A stretch of DNA of 41,015 bases, from positions 1-41,015 of the forward strand of contig JYFJ02003770.1 of assembly GCA_000934665.2 (NCBI GenBank). Reading direction: 5' to 3'. Below, piece after piece: positions 25,870 to 38,000 of the stretch. A model generated the notes under the pieces. The model was not told the origin of the DNA. It was given only the letters and a program-made list of their open reading frames with translations, and made no database searches. Positions within the stretch are counted from its first letter, which is position 1. Each line of letters begins with the position of its first letter. The position numbers and the translations under genes are program-made. The DNA is from Catajapyx aquilonaris. Taxonomy: Eukaryota.

Positions 25870-26340
25870 CCCTTAACTACGTAGGTGGAGCCTGAGAGGC
25901 TCCAAGCACTATTTAAATGCATGTAACTTTTTCATTGAATTTTATTTTCCCCTGTCCTTCTGTGACTTTGTCAAAAAAACCTTCCTAAGCATGAAAAGGA
26001 AAGAAAATTTTTTTTAGTCCCTATTCTTTGGTTTTAAAAAATTCGTAACGAGGAACAGGTCCCTCCTGGACTCTATACTGGCTCTACCTATGCAGGTGAA
26101 GCCTGAGCGGCTCCAACATGATGTAACCTTTTAATTAAGAATTTTTCCCTGTCGGAATATGCTGACTCAGCGTGTGATTTTTACGTTATCGGAAGCCTAA
26201 TGATCTGAACTGCACTTTCTGTATGTGAAAAGTCCAATATAACAATTTAGTTGATAAGCAGAAATTGAAATATACCGTTGGAGCCTCTCAGGCTCCACCT
26301 ACGTAGTTAAAGGTGTTTCACCCACCTACGTAGTTAAGGG
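25870..26340. mobile_element. piggyBac-type MITE
   Basis: TTAA duplications at 25866-25869 and 26341-26344. CCC...GGG termini with a 19-bp perfect TIR, CCCTTAACTACGTAGGTGG. Subterminal palindrome TGGAGCCTGAGAGGCTCCA at both ends, plus a degenerate internal copy near 26095. Confidence 0.9.
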
Positions 26341-26533
26341 TTAAGTTCAAAAATTAATTGCAACCCTCACTTACAGTAGTGTAAAAAACATGTTTATCTT
26401 AAGTCTCTGCCGGATAAAACTCATCATTGCATTGATTTAACAGTGATTATGAGGGTATAAAATGTGGTATAGGTTATCTAGTTCATGCAAGGGGTGTGTT
26501 TTAAAAATGGCCTAGCTGAATCAACAACTTACA

Positions 26534-26539
26534 TTTATT
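26534..26539 (-). terminator. Candidate polyadenylation signal of the zinc-finger gene
   Basis: AATAAA on the minus strand about 43 nt after the stop codon. Confidence 0.45.
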
Positions 26540-26581
26540 CACATGTGCAAAAATACTAATAATGAAATTATACAAGTCACA

Positions 26582-29500
26582 TTACACGTGAATGAGAATG
26601 TCTTCGGCTAGGAAGCTTCCCTGGGAGCTATCCATGTGCTCTACGTCATGCTGAAATACTTTAACTTCTTCCTCCTCCTCCTCCTCATCTTCATTTGCCA
26701 AACCTTTACTTAATTGGCTGACCTGCTGTCTACTGCGTTGCTGCTCCCTTACCCTAGCATGCCTCATCTGATGTGTCTTGAGGCTGCTTGATTGGTTGAA
26801 CATTTTCCCACAGTCATTGCACTTGTATGGTCTCTCCCCAGTATGAATCCGCTCATGGCGGATTATGTGGGACAAGTGGTTAAATCCCTTCCCGCACTGT
26901 CCACAAATGTAAGGCTTCTCATTAGTATGGGTGCGTATGTGCACTGTGAGGTCATACCGCTTGAAGAACCGCTTCTTACAGATAGTACACTCATGGGATC
27001 GCTCGTTGTCATGGTCACGACGCATGTGGTCACGGGTCTGTGCAGCACTGGAGTAACGGCGGGGGCATGCAGTGCATTGGTAAAGAGTCACTGTGGGTTT
27101 TGAGCCCGGGGCGCCTTGTAGCTGGTGAGCCAGAAGGTGCTTGTTCAGGGTGGATTTCCATGCAAATGAGGTCCCACACTCTTCACACTTGTATTTCTGA
27201 AGCTCAATGAAGTGGATACCTGAACAGGGAAAGACATTAAACTGCGAATTAATTATCTGTACTGCTCCTTCCAAAGTAACATCAGATTGATCCACACAGA
27301 TTCTTGGACTACAAATCTAACAACTTTTCATAGTTTTGTAAATATCAGCTGATGTGAAGGTTTCACATCTCAATGCACATGCACTTAAAAATATTTTTAG
27401 TAAGTTAACGAAGCTAAAAAAGTAATCTGCCAATCATCCATGGAATCTGTAGCAGGCAAAGAGTCCACTTGGAGTCAAATTGCAAGCTCTCACTAATTTT
27501 CTTTACCACAGCTATCTCTTTACTGCAGTTGTTAAAGAATTACATTTAATGTCACTTATAGTGGTATAAAAAGTAATTCGTCACTTCAATCGAACTGTGA
27601 ATTCAATGACATGCAGTATACTTGTGTTTGTAAAATTTTCATATTACTCATAAGTTGTGAAACCATCAAAACAATTAACTAAAAACATATTCAATGCAGT
27701 ACTGACCCATATGCTGCCTGAAGTTACCAGGCTTGCGGAACACTTTGTTGCATTCCGTGCACTGGAACTTGCCAGGTCCCCCAGATTCTGATAAGCCAAC
27801 CAGGTAGGACCCTGGATATGCATCACCTTCACTGTCACCTCTAGTATCACCAGGAATGTTCTGGGGCTCAGTCATGGAGAGAAGACCTGGATCTGGTGAC
27901 ATTTGGCCAACTGCAATCATTTCATCATTCCCATTTCCTTCATTGCCACCACTGCTGTTATCCATGTCTTCTTCAACCTCATCCTTCTCTTCCTGTATCG
28001 CAGGTTCCTTCTTCTCCTCATTCACAAGAACATAAATGTTTGACACTTCCTTAGTTTCATTCTCTTCAATGACTCCCATTCCTCCTGCTTCCCCTGCCTC
28101 CACTCCCACCCCTGTGGTGCTGCCTGCATCACCCACAGGCCAACAATCATCCAGAATACTTTGCTCAATGAGTGTCTGCAACTGCTGGTTCAGTTGCTGG
28201 TTCAGTTGTTGGTTCAATTGCTGGACTGCTTCTGCAGCTTCTGTCTCACCACCCCCTTCTCCTCCTCCTTCCCCCTCCTTGTTGCCAATTTCATCCTTTA
28301 TCAAATCACTAGGGGGAACTCCAGTGGCTCCACCACAAGCGTGACCTTTAAATGCCTCAACTGAAGAGCACATCTTTAAAAAAGAAAAAAGAAAAAGAGC
28401 ATTAATTGTTCAACAATATCCAGGTGACTTCGTTACAATAATAGCACATGTGTGGTTGGAGATTAATTTTAAACCTACACAATAATTTTCTTCTCCTTGC
28501 TACCAGCAGTGCCTGGGATTAAGTTATTTTCACATCCATATTTGTCAGGTGCCCATGAGCCATGACTACATAATACAGGGTGATCCAACTCTATGGCACC
28601 AACAGTTATTGGAAAAATCGCGCAAGCTGCTTGTTTATAAGCAGGTCGTTGCTAAGGGGTGCTATTCCTGATACTCTAGAAAGTATCTCTTAGCAACGAC
28701 CTGCTTATAAACAAGCAGCTTGCGCGATTTCTCCAATAACTGTTGGTGCCATAGAGTTGGATCACCCTGTATTGTGCAACACTAACATTAACAAGCAAAA
28801 AAAAAAGCCCAATGATGCCCAAGTTGTTATGAGAGATGAAACAATGAAAATAGTGAATTTTATTGCAAGAAGTTCTCACCTTCCGGCAACCAGAGCAGAA
28901 GATGTACTTTTGGCTGCAATGAACCTGCCTCTCATGGTCTTTCAGTTGGGCTCCAAATGGGAAGGACTCCCCACACACCTGACAGTAGAATCTCCTGCAC
29001 TTCTGTAAACCAGCCTTCTTCACAGTTTCCTTCTTGTTTTCTTCTACTTCAGGTCCTTCAGACAGTGGTAAAATAGATTCTACCTGCTGCAGATGAAATT
29101 GATTTAATTTTCCATCTCCAGAAAAGGACGCAATTTTCACTACATTACAACGTTACTATTTTATAATGTGGCATTTGCCCCAAATCTGCAGCAAAACTTG
29201 GTGTGAACTGGCAATAGTGAAAATCAAACACTAACGCAACATGCACGCAATGCTGGACATTGCACGGATGCTTTTAAAGAGAAGAAATATACTGCAGCAT
29301 AATATTATGGTGTATTATCAGTTGCATGGTGCATCTAATGAATATTCACTAAGGCTTTAGGGCCTCTGTACATTTTACCTGCGGATGAGCAGACTTCTTG
29401 TGCAGCCGTAGTGCGTTAACCTGAGCAAACCTCCTCCCACAAGTGCTGCATGGATATGGCTTGACTCCAGTGTGGGTGCGCACATGCCGCAGCAGGTTGG

Positions 29501-31277
29501 ACACATGCCCAAACTGTCTCCCGCAGGTCTCACATATGCACACCTTAATTCCCAAATGTAGATTAAGGTGTGAACGAAGATCACTCCCTTTGAAGAAGCT
29601 CTTCGGACACATCTGGCATTGGAATGGTTTCTCCCCATCATGCACTCTTCGCTGGTGATACTTGAGCTGGGACGGTCGATCAAAGGCCATTTCACAATCG
29701 GCATGTGGGCAAATGAATGGTCGGCAATTGTCGTGAGTGGAACGTTCATGTCCACGCAGTCTGGATTCTGTCCGGAAACTTTTCTCACACAAGTTACACT
29801 TCCAGTTGCGTTCACCAGTGTGGGCATGTAGATGCCCAAAATAGGAAGGTTGAGTGTTGAAGCGAGATGAGCAGAGATCACAGGGATATGGACCATCTGA
29901 TGATGGGGTGGAGGGTGATTGAGGTGGTGGAGGGGGAGCACTTCCACCTGCTCGAGGTGCCATTGCATCTAATGCTTGGAGACGTGCTTCAATTCCATGA
30001 TTTGACATTTGCTTGGCAACATCTTGCCAGAGGATGGTTGAAGGAGGCTGCTTTTTTTCTGCTTCATCACTGACGACCTCAGGTACTTCATAGGTTACAT
30101 ATAAAATCTGTCCACCAGACAACTGTAGGGCGCAATCATCACCTTCTGCAGCTGGGTTTGTTTCTGGTGCTTCCAACTGTAAGGGCGGTAGGAAGCCCAT
30201 GTTGGTGTCCTTCCTAACCTAGTGTTCAGAAAGCTTCAGTTAATAGGTGACTCCAAATAAATTTTATTTTAAACTTTAAAGTTAAATGCATGTGTCACTG
30301 GGCATTTCCATGATGCATCCGTCCGTTCGTAACACAAGTTTTGCCTACATGCACAAATGTATTTTATTATGACAATGCCAGGATGCATGCACTGCATGCT
30401 TAATCCATTTCATGCAATGTGTGTGTATGGTTACAATAAAATACGCTAGTACATGTCGGCAAAACCTGCGTAACGAACGCACAGTACGTCTGTGTTTGCG
30501 TGGAAATGCCCCACAACATGCCAGGCTGAAGTAAGTAATAAATACTTTGATACCCTGTCATAGACCTGGGGACTCTTAGGAATCATTTTGCATTTGACTC
30601 AACATCCATATATTTCAATGATGATGGGTTTTGATTGTGGAAATAAATCAAAGAAAACCCACATGAACAGAGAGCCCACCCATCGAAATTCTTCCCATAT
30701 GCAAAAATCCTCTGCCTCATGCAGGGATAGAGAGTGGGACCACAGAGGTGATATGGCATGTGGTTTACATAACTCTATCACCACTTGCAAAGATATTGTA
30801 AATGTGTGTAGCAAATGTAAGTAATAAAATTGTTATAGTGTTCTCAGTTGGAAAGAAAATATATTCCACTCATATTTCTTACATTCAACCAATAATTGAA
30901 GACTAATTACTCAACAAATCTTCATGAAATATGCAGTCACTCAGCACTAACCTGGTTCTGTCCTTCCAAAGACTGCACATATATCACCATTGGAAGTTCT
31001 GTGCCTCCAGCTTCCACAGTAGGTGTGGACGGGGTTGTTGTAGTTTGTTGCTGGCCGCTCTCCCACCACCTTCCATCCCACTTGGACAGCACGATGGACT
31101 GGACCTCTTCACGAACACGTTCCATTGCTGTCACTCCGTCTCCCTCCATTTCCAACTCACTAAACTGTTCCATGCTTTCCTCTTGCATTTCCATCTTGGT
31201 CATCATTGTTGCACTTCCTGCTGGAATGCACTCCTGGGTGGCACTTCCAATGGACTGGTCATGAACTGGGTCCACTT
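26582..31277 (-). CDS. Multi-C2H2 zinc finger protein (13 C2H2 + 1 C2HC finger, at least about 854 aa)
   Basis: Minus-strand exons: 31277 (first in-frame ATG 31206)-30952, 30176-29379, 29086 (or 29083, CAGCAG acceptor)-28880, 28373-27707, 27219-26582. Splicing completes split fingers (CSGCRK|MCSSVEAFKGHAC; FRQHM|GIH). HTGE[RK]P-type linkers. True start and any upstream exon are unresolved. Confidence 0.9.
28180..28223 (-). repeat. Coding 12-bp tandem repeat (QQLN)3-QQLQ
   Basis: Lies in the acidic linker exon of the zinc-finger gene: QQLNQQLNQQLNQQLQ. Confidence 0.85.
28576..28769. mobile_element. Tc1/mariner-type hairpin MITE in a zinc-finger gene intron
   Basis: TA flanks. About 80-bp near-perfect inverted arms starting CAGGGTGATCCAACTCTATGGCACCAACAGTTATTGG, with a short spacer. 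Confidence 0.92.
30300..30511. mobile_element. Degenerate MITE, possibly PIF/Harbinger-like
   Basis: TIR GGGCATTTCCA...TGGAAATGCCC plus inner inverted blocks (CGTTCGTAACACAAGTTTTGCC / GGCAAAACCTGCGTAACGAACG). TSD unclear. Confidence 0.6.
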
Positions 31278-31800
31278 CTACGAATCATTTACATGCATTA
31301 GTGTAAGAAATACACATATGGAATACAGGTCAAAAAGTTTGCAATACTGTACTTTCTTGTTTGCCAGATTTATAGTCACAGTCCCCATACACTGCACTGT
31401 GCTATTTGTACAGTGAGTGATGAGTTGGATTTGCAAGTTTACCCCCTTTTTCCTGCCCTCTCAACTAAACCAGTTGAAATCACAAAAATTATCCCACATG
31501 ATGTTCTGGCAGCATGACTCATGCCAGGCAAAACCATGTGTTATACTGGCCAACCCTGCATGGCCACCAGTAGTGTGCTTTCTCAAATCTGGTCAACCCA
31601 GTTTTTATCGGAATGCCTCAGATTGCATGGCCGCGTTTACATGTGAGCTATTTGATCAGCAATGTCAACGCTACGCAACAAATCCAATTGCTTGGGGAGA
31701 AACTTGATTGTTACCATGATTGTTACTTTCGCCCCAAACAATTGGATTCACCCACATGTAAACACGGCTTACGGTAATGGGAAAGTGCATGGCAAATATT

Positions 31801-31955
31801 GGGGCCGTGCAGACGGGGCAAGCTTGGCCGCGGCTGGCCGCGGCCCTGGCCAACTTCCAGGAAGTTGGTCCGTGGCCTGGCCGTGGCGTTGCTAGGGGGC
31901 CGCTAGGTGTGAACCGTCGCGGCCGCGGCTAAGCTCGGCCCATCTGCACGGCCCC
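31801..31955. mobile_element. GC-rich MITE, possibly PIF/Harbinger-like
   Basis: 13-bp perfect TIR GGGGCCGTGCAGA, extending imperfectly to about 33 bp. Internal GGCCGCGGC repeats. TSD imperfect. Confidence 0.7.
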
Positions 31956-32827
31956 ACTGACTTATCTGAGGCCACTTTGGACTACATCGACTCTATGCTG
32001 CATGGATGGCAACATGCAAGCTTCCTTTCAGGCAATGTCTAGTCTGGATAGTGGGGTAATAAATAGAAGGCACGAGCGATCGTCTGTTGAGTACGCTATT
32101 CCAATAGCCTATGCTCCCTGCTTCCCGCCCAGACATCGGCTGGAAGCTTTCATTTTACGAGCTCCATGCAACGTGCAGAACGACTTATACCCCAACCCAA
32201 GTGACATGCCCACCTGAATCAGAGTAGGCAAGTGACAGGCTCTCCAGCACCAAGGGGTCATCCCCCTTGCCACTGCCCGCAGCCCAACCTGCGCTGATCC
32301 CCGCCTCTGTCGACATGGCTCCTCACACTCAGCAAGTGACAACCAGGAGTAGTTTGCAGGGTGCCCTCATCACCCCAAGTGTTCCATCTGGGCCTTCACC
32401 CACCACTGGGGCTAAAAGAGGGCGAACCACCTTTCACCCTAGGCGGCCTATGTTTGACGCCCAAACAGTGGTAAGAATACAGTCGGTTCAGGCTCTATTA
32501 CTGACTGCCTCCTCTTCCTCCGTACGCCCCACCACAAGACCACGTACAGTTGTACGAGGAGGCCTCTCACTTCCTCGGTGTCACCAGTCTTGAGGGCGAC
32601 ATCCCCGCATTCAATGGGCGGATTCAGGTAGTCATCGCAGGCACTGAAGCTGGTGGGCAGGCGCCACCTGGAAGCTCTCCGCCAATCGGAGCTGGATCAG
32701 AGCACCAACATGGCGCACTCTCAACTTTAATGTTAACGCGATGTGGTAGCAGTTATTAGGGCGAACAGTGACTATAATGAGACCATTGCTCTTCTTCACT
32801 ACTTCGAGTCGTACGCTTCAAACTGCG

Positions 32828-32890
32828 TCAGTCATAGGCAGCAAAATGGATCCACTTTGCAATATCGGCAAATGGAAGAGGGAGGTAAGT
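32828..32890 (+). promoter_or_regulatory. Candidate initiator and first exon of the PNLDC1-like gene, in a CpG-rich divergent promoter region
   Basis: Arthropod Inr-like TCAGTC (32828-32833), CAAAATG context (ATG 32846), strong donor GAG|GTAAGT at 32884/32885. The surrounding 32500-33340 region is visibly CpG-rich. Confidence 0.55.
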
Positions 32891-33184
32891 GCGGGATGCC
32901 ATCCTGCTTGATTCGCAATTTAGCAGTTATCACTAAACAGCTGCGCTATTTCGTGCGAGTCGCTCGGACGCTCGCTGTCGGTACCATGTGCGGCATGTAG
33001 ACGGGAGGTGTTGCACTCGCCACTCGGTGGTACGGCTTGGTCAGGCTGGTTGGCCCCTAGACTCGCCCCTGGTGCCGTTGTAGTCACACAAACGCGGTTG
33101 GATCTGCAGGAACAATCCATAGGGAACTCTGGACGTCTGCGTCTCCTTGTCATTAGTACACATCGGTTACCGGTACACACAACC

Positions 33185-35004
33185 ATGTGCGAGGTGTACA
33201 AGTCCAACTTTAGGGCGTCCCTGCGCTACCTGGAGGATCTACTGCCCGACGCCTCCTTCGTGGCCATTGATACCGAGTTCACCGGTCTGCACAACAAGCC
33301 GTCCAACGCGCCTAGGTGATTATTACAGCCGTCGTGTTGGCAGACCACATCTAAAAAAAATGCACATGTACAGGTTGTCGAGAAAGTTTAAGCCCATTCC
33401 ACTACCCAGTAGAGCATCTGATGCATTTGTCTAAGTACCAAATAATGGTGTGCAGCTGTAGATGTAAATTATTCAGTTCTGCTGGAAAGAAGGGGTATGT
33501 AGTTAGTGTTCACAATTTGATCCTTTACTAAATGCTTTTTTGCTCCAGTGTCACCCAGAAAGAAGAGAACCAGCCTAATGTCCTGCATACCTTCTTCCTC
33601 GTGTTAACGCCACATTGGCCACTTACAGTTTGTCTAGTTCAATTTCATGTGAGTCAACCTTATGCAAGTGGAAAATTCAAAATCGGATTAAGTTCCATGC
33701 ATGGGTCTTCATACCTTAAGTAATTTTCAGGCTTTGATTTTTTTTTTTTTAAAAAAAAAAAACACCTTTTTGCTGCATGGGGAAGCAACCTGGGCTGTAG
33801 TTTTTGCCAGAAGCAAAAGCAGTGTAATGGCACAATTGCACAAATACATGTGCAACAGGTGTATGTGCTTGGGGTTTCAAAATTAAAAAGGTGAAAAATT
33901 CTCAAGTTTACTTAATATACCGTTGACTCTGGATATAACAGCCTCGGCTATAGCAGATTTGAAAGGCTGGTCCCAACACATTTCCACATATGGCATGTGC
34001 ATTTGGCTCAGTTATAACAGACTGATTTCCATGGTCCCTTGAAGTCTGTTATATCCAGAGTCTACTGTATAATGATAAAATTTTATTCTAAAGTCTGCTT
34101 ACAGTAATTCCTCCCCCTTAAAAGCACATTTGGTGTGTGCTCTAATAGAGATAATTACAATGTTTTTAAAAATCCTTTCCAGCCTGTTTGATGACCCAGG
34201 GAGCCGTTACTTGAAGCTCCGAGAGGGCTCATCATGCTTTCTGGTACTTCAAGTAGGCGTGTCAGTCTTCATGCCAGTGGGACCTACTGGTTTTGGCAAA
34301 GACTGGGATAATCCCCAGTGCTATGAGGCCCACTCATTCTCCTTCAACCTCTGCCCAGCCTCCTACTCCAGGAAGAATCAGTTCCTCAGCCAAGCTTCAG
34401 CTATGAAATTTCTTGCAAATCATGGAATGAATTTTAACAAGGTGATTTTTATTTTAATGTACATGAAAGGCATTTGCAAAATTTTTACAAGGTACTGGCC
34501 TGGAAAGGACTATGGCTGTATACAATGAATCATTATCATTATTAAGATTAGTAGGCTGTATAGTTTTAATAGAGGTATCGACTGTGAGGGAAGTGTTGTT
34601 TCATGGAGAAGAAAACATCTATCATCAACAATGACACCATGTTGTTCACTGTTAGGATGCAGGTACAATTTTCTCATGACACTGGTGTCCCTAGGATAAA
34701 GACCATGAAATGGTGATGTGCAGTAACTAAGAAGGCAGGACCAGATAAAAGCACCTAGTAGACACAACATGGTTAAAGGCTGCATCAGGTCAGATGCATT
34801 GAAATCTCAAATTTCATAGATGCTTATACATGGGTTGATTCATAAGTCATGGCGCGTATTTTTAAATTAAAAAACCGTAACATATACAGAGATGACCTTT
34901 GCTGAGTTTTAAAGATCCGGTGATTACAATTTGATCTGGCATATACATATGTCGCCCATATCACGAGGGGGTGGGGAAACGCAGGGGGAATGTGACCCCC
35001 TCAC

Positions 35005-35065
<61 letters not shown>

Positions 35066-38000
35066 NACACACACACACACACACACACCCCCCCCAAGAC
35101 GGCCCGAGCCTTACGTGCTTGGAGCTGTTGGACGCTGCATGCTGGACACTTGGAGATAGACAACACGGGAGCTTGATTTCGAGTGTGGGACAAGTCCGAG
35201 CACTATGCTTAGATAGGATTCTGAAAGACTGAAAGGTGTCAGGAAGTTGGCATCCTAACTGGTTCCTCGCCATCTCTTTGAGGTGCAAAAGTGCCGCCAT
35301 TTTGCCCTCTCTTGGAACGCATTGAAGGCGATAGTTTTTAAAACCTGTCTGTGGTGATGGATGACACATGGCTCCGGTCATAGTGCTCTGACTTGTCCTA
35401 CACTCGAAAGCAAGCTCCTGTGTTGTCCATCTCCGAGTGTGTCCCGCATGCAGCGTCCAACAGCTCCAAGCGCGTCCGGCTCGGGCCGTCTTAGGGTGAT
35501 GGTTCGGTGGAGGGGTCACATTCCCTCTTTGTTCTCTCTCTCTCTTCCCCCCCCCCGCAAGATATGGGCGACATCTATATGCCAGATCAAATTGTAATCG
35601 GCGGATCATCAAAACTCAGAAAAGGTCATGTGTTGCCTTTTTGAATAAAAAAATACGCGCCATGACTTATGAATCAACCCTCGTAGATGCAAATATTCCA
35701 AAATCCTAAACGCTTCCAGTCCCAAGCATTTCGGATCAATAATAGTAATAGTACTAGTAGTAGTAGTAGTCTCCTGCATATATTTGAAAGGGCTTGACCG
35801 TGTGAAAAACAGAATGTCATTAAAAACAAGCCAGACATACTCTATTTGATGCAGTTCCTGCTTGTTTGTACTGATGCCTAAGATGTTCAATTTGGCCCAG
35901 CATGGGGCAAATGTTTTAACGGCAAATAGACATGTGGGAAGGTCTTTTTACGTCTAAATTTGGTCACAACTTTAATAAACTTTTTCAATGTAGGTTTTCA
36001 CGGATGGAATACCATTCCTTAGGGGAGATGAAGAGAATCTAGTAACACAAAGACTGGCTGAGTTCCAGTCGTTGAAGGAAAATAAGGATATTATTGGTAA
36101 CATGGAGGCAGAGCATAAGAAGGAAGAGGGAAAGGGTGATGGGAACAGAGGAGGAGAAGAATGGGACACGGAGGAGCGAAGTGATTTTGAGGGAGGTGAT
36201 CAAAAGACAGAGGAAGAGGAAGATGCTGAGGATATGCGAGGCTTCTCATGCATTTTTTCTGCTATAGTTGCTGCAAAGAAGCCTCTGATTGGCCACAACA
36301 TGATTCTTGATCTGATTCTACTCCTTGGGCAAATTCATGCCCCTCTGCCAGGTATTCATTCAGCTACTAGAAGAAACAAATCAGGCTCTACAGAAATTTA
36401 TCTCTGTTTCAGATAACATAAAGAAGTTCAAAGCAATGGTTCATGAACTGTTTCCATGTGTGTTTGACACGAAGCATTTGTGTGCATGTCTACGAAAGAC
36501 TGCCAGTGAAAGAGGTAAGAACAGAGTGTTGTAATGGCAGTGTAATGGATATTGATAGACATTAGAAATGGGAAATTGCTAATCTGGAGATCATAATAAT
36601 TTTGTAAAGTGCATAAATCCAATGCTGATCTTAAGTGATTCCCCCTACCTCATATCATGTACCGTATTTACTCGCATATAAGACGCACTTTTTTTCCGAT
36701 TTTTGTAGCTCAAAAGGTAGGGTGTGTCTTATACGCGTGTGCGTCTTATACGGCAGGGCACAACGGGTGAAACCCGTGAGAAATCGTGAAAATCGTTTAT
36801 TGAAAAATTTAAGCTTGTCGGTTTGATGTTCTGTCAGCACAGTTGATCACTTTCTTCTTGAAATCGGCACGGTACGACCTGCGTTTCTCCTTCACTTCCA
36901 TAGATATGCTCCCCCCGTACACACACGTGCACAATTCCGGTGTGACCTTGCCACCTATACGTTTCAGATGCGTAGCATTGTCCCATTTTCCACTTGCCCC
37001 CACTTTTTACTGGATTCTAATGGATTCCACATGCACATGCATTGCACATGCATTGCACACGAGGTTGCTGCCGGCAGTTCGAGGCCAGTTCCCAAACTAC
37101 GGCAAAAAATCTGGGTGCGTCTTATGTGAGTCAACAACCGATTTTCTACGATTTTTCGCCTCAAAACCGGGGTGCGTCTTATACGCGTGTGCGTCTTATA
37201 TGCGAGTAAATACGGTAGTTACTTAACCCTCAATTTGTGCAGTTAGGAACTTCTCCAAACTCAGTGCAATGGTGCCTTTGGAGAGAGAACTTTAGTTTTT
37301 CTAACATTATTTTTGCTACCTTTTTCATCAAAAAATCAGATTGTTTAAAAATCCCTTGGAAGTCCAATGAATTTCCAGGGATGGTGATGTTGGTGCAAAG
37401 TCTGAAAATTGTTTTGATGTAAATGTTTGCATTTTGGTTGGTAGGTTGATCTGGAAATTATGTAAAACCTTTCCATATGCCCTCCTGCCCCCCCCNNNNN
37501 NNNCCTGGATGAGCTTTGGGCTTTATTGTTCTGATTAATTTGTACACAGATGTGAGCCAAACTTCTGCCCAGAACTAACTAGACAGTGGAAATTCCTTCC
37601 TGTCTTGACCTTGACTTCATTGCCTCTAATCTGTCATTGTATCCATCAGAAGTGATGAAAAAAAATTCTTATATATCAGTTTATAACCTACAAATAAATT
37701 GGTCTGCTCTAATTTTGCATGTGCATTCATTGCACAGAGTAATTATGTAAGAATAGGGTTGAATTGGCACAAAACAAATTTGAATACATATTAATTTTTT
37801 GAAATGGCTGATTGCATTTGAAAAGTTTGAAAACGTGGCACATGTAAAGGAAAAATTGATTGAGGAATACATGGAGCTCAATGAGATAGGTAGTAAAAAA
37901 TTACACATCTCATTGAGCTCCATGTATAGCTCCATATAAAAAAGGCAGAAAAAAATTACACTTTTTTTGAAAATTCGATCATGCTGTGTCGAAAAGCACC

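Noticed and set aside
32500..32712. Minus-strand ATG TTG GTG CTC TGA followed by an open frame, as a selenoprotein or readthrough
   Set aside because: No homology, no SECIS seen, and it is easily explained by chance in GC-rich promoter/UTR sequence.
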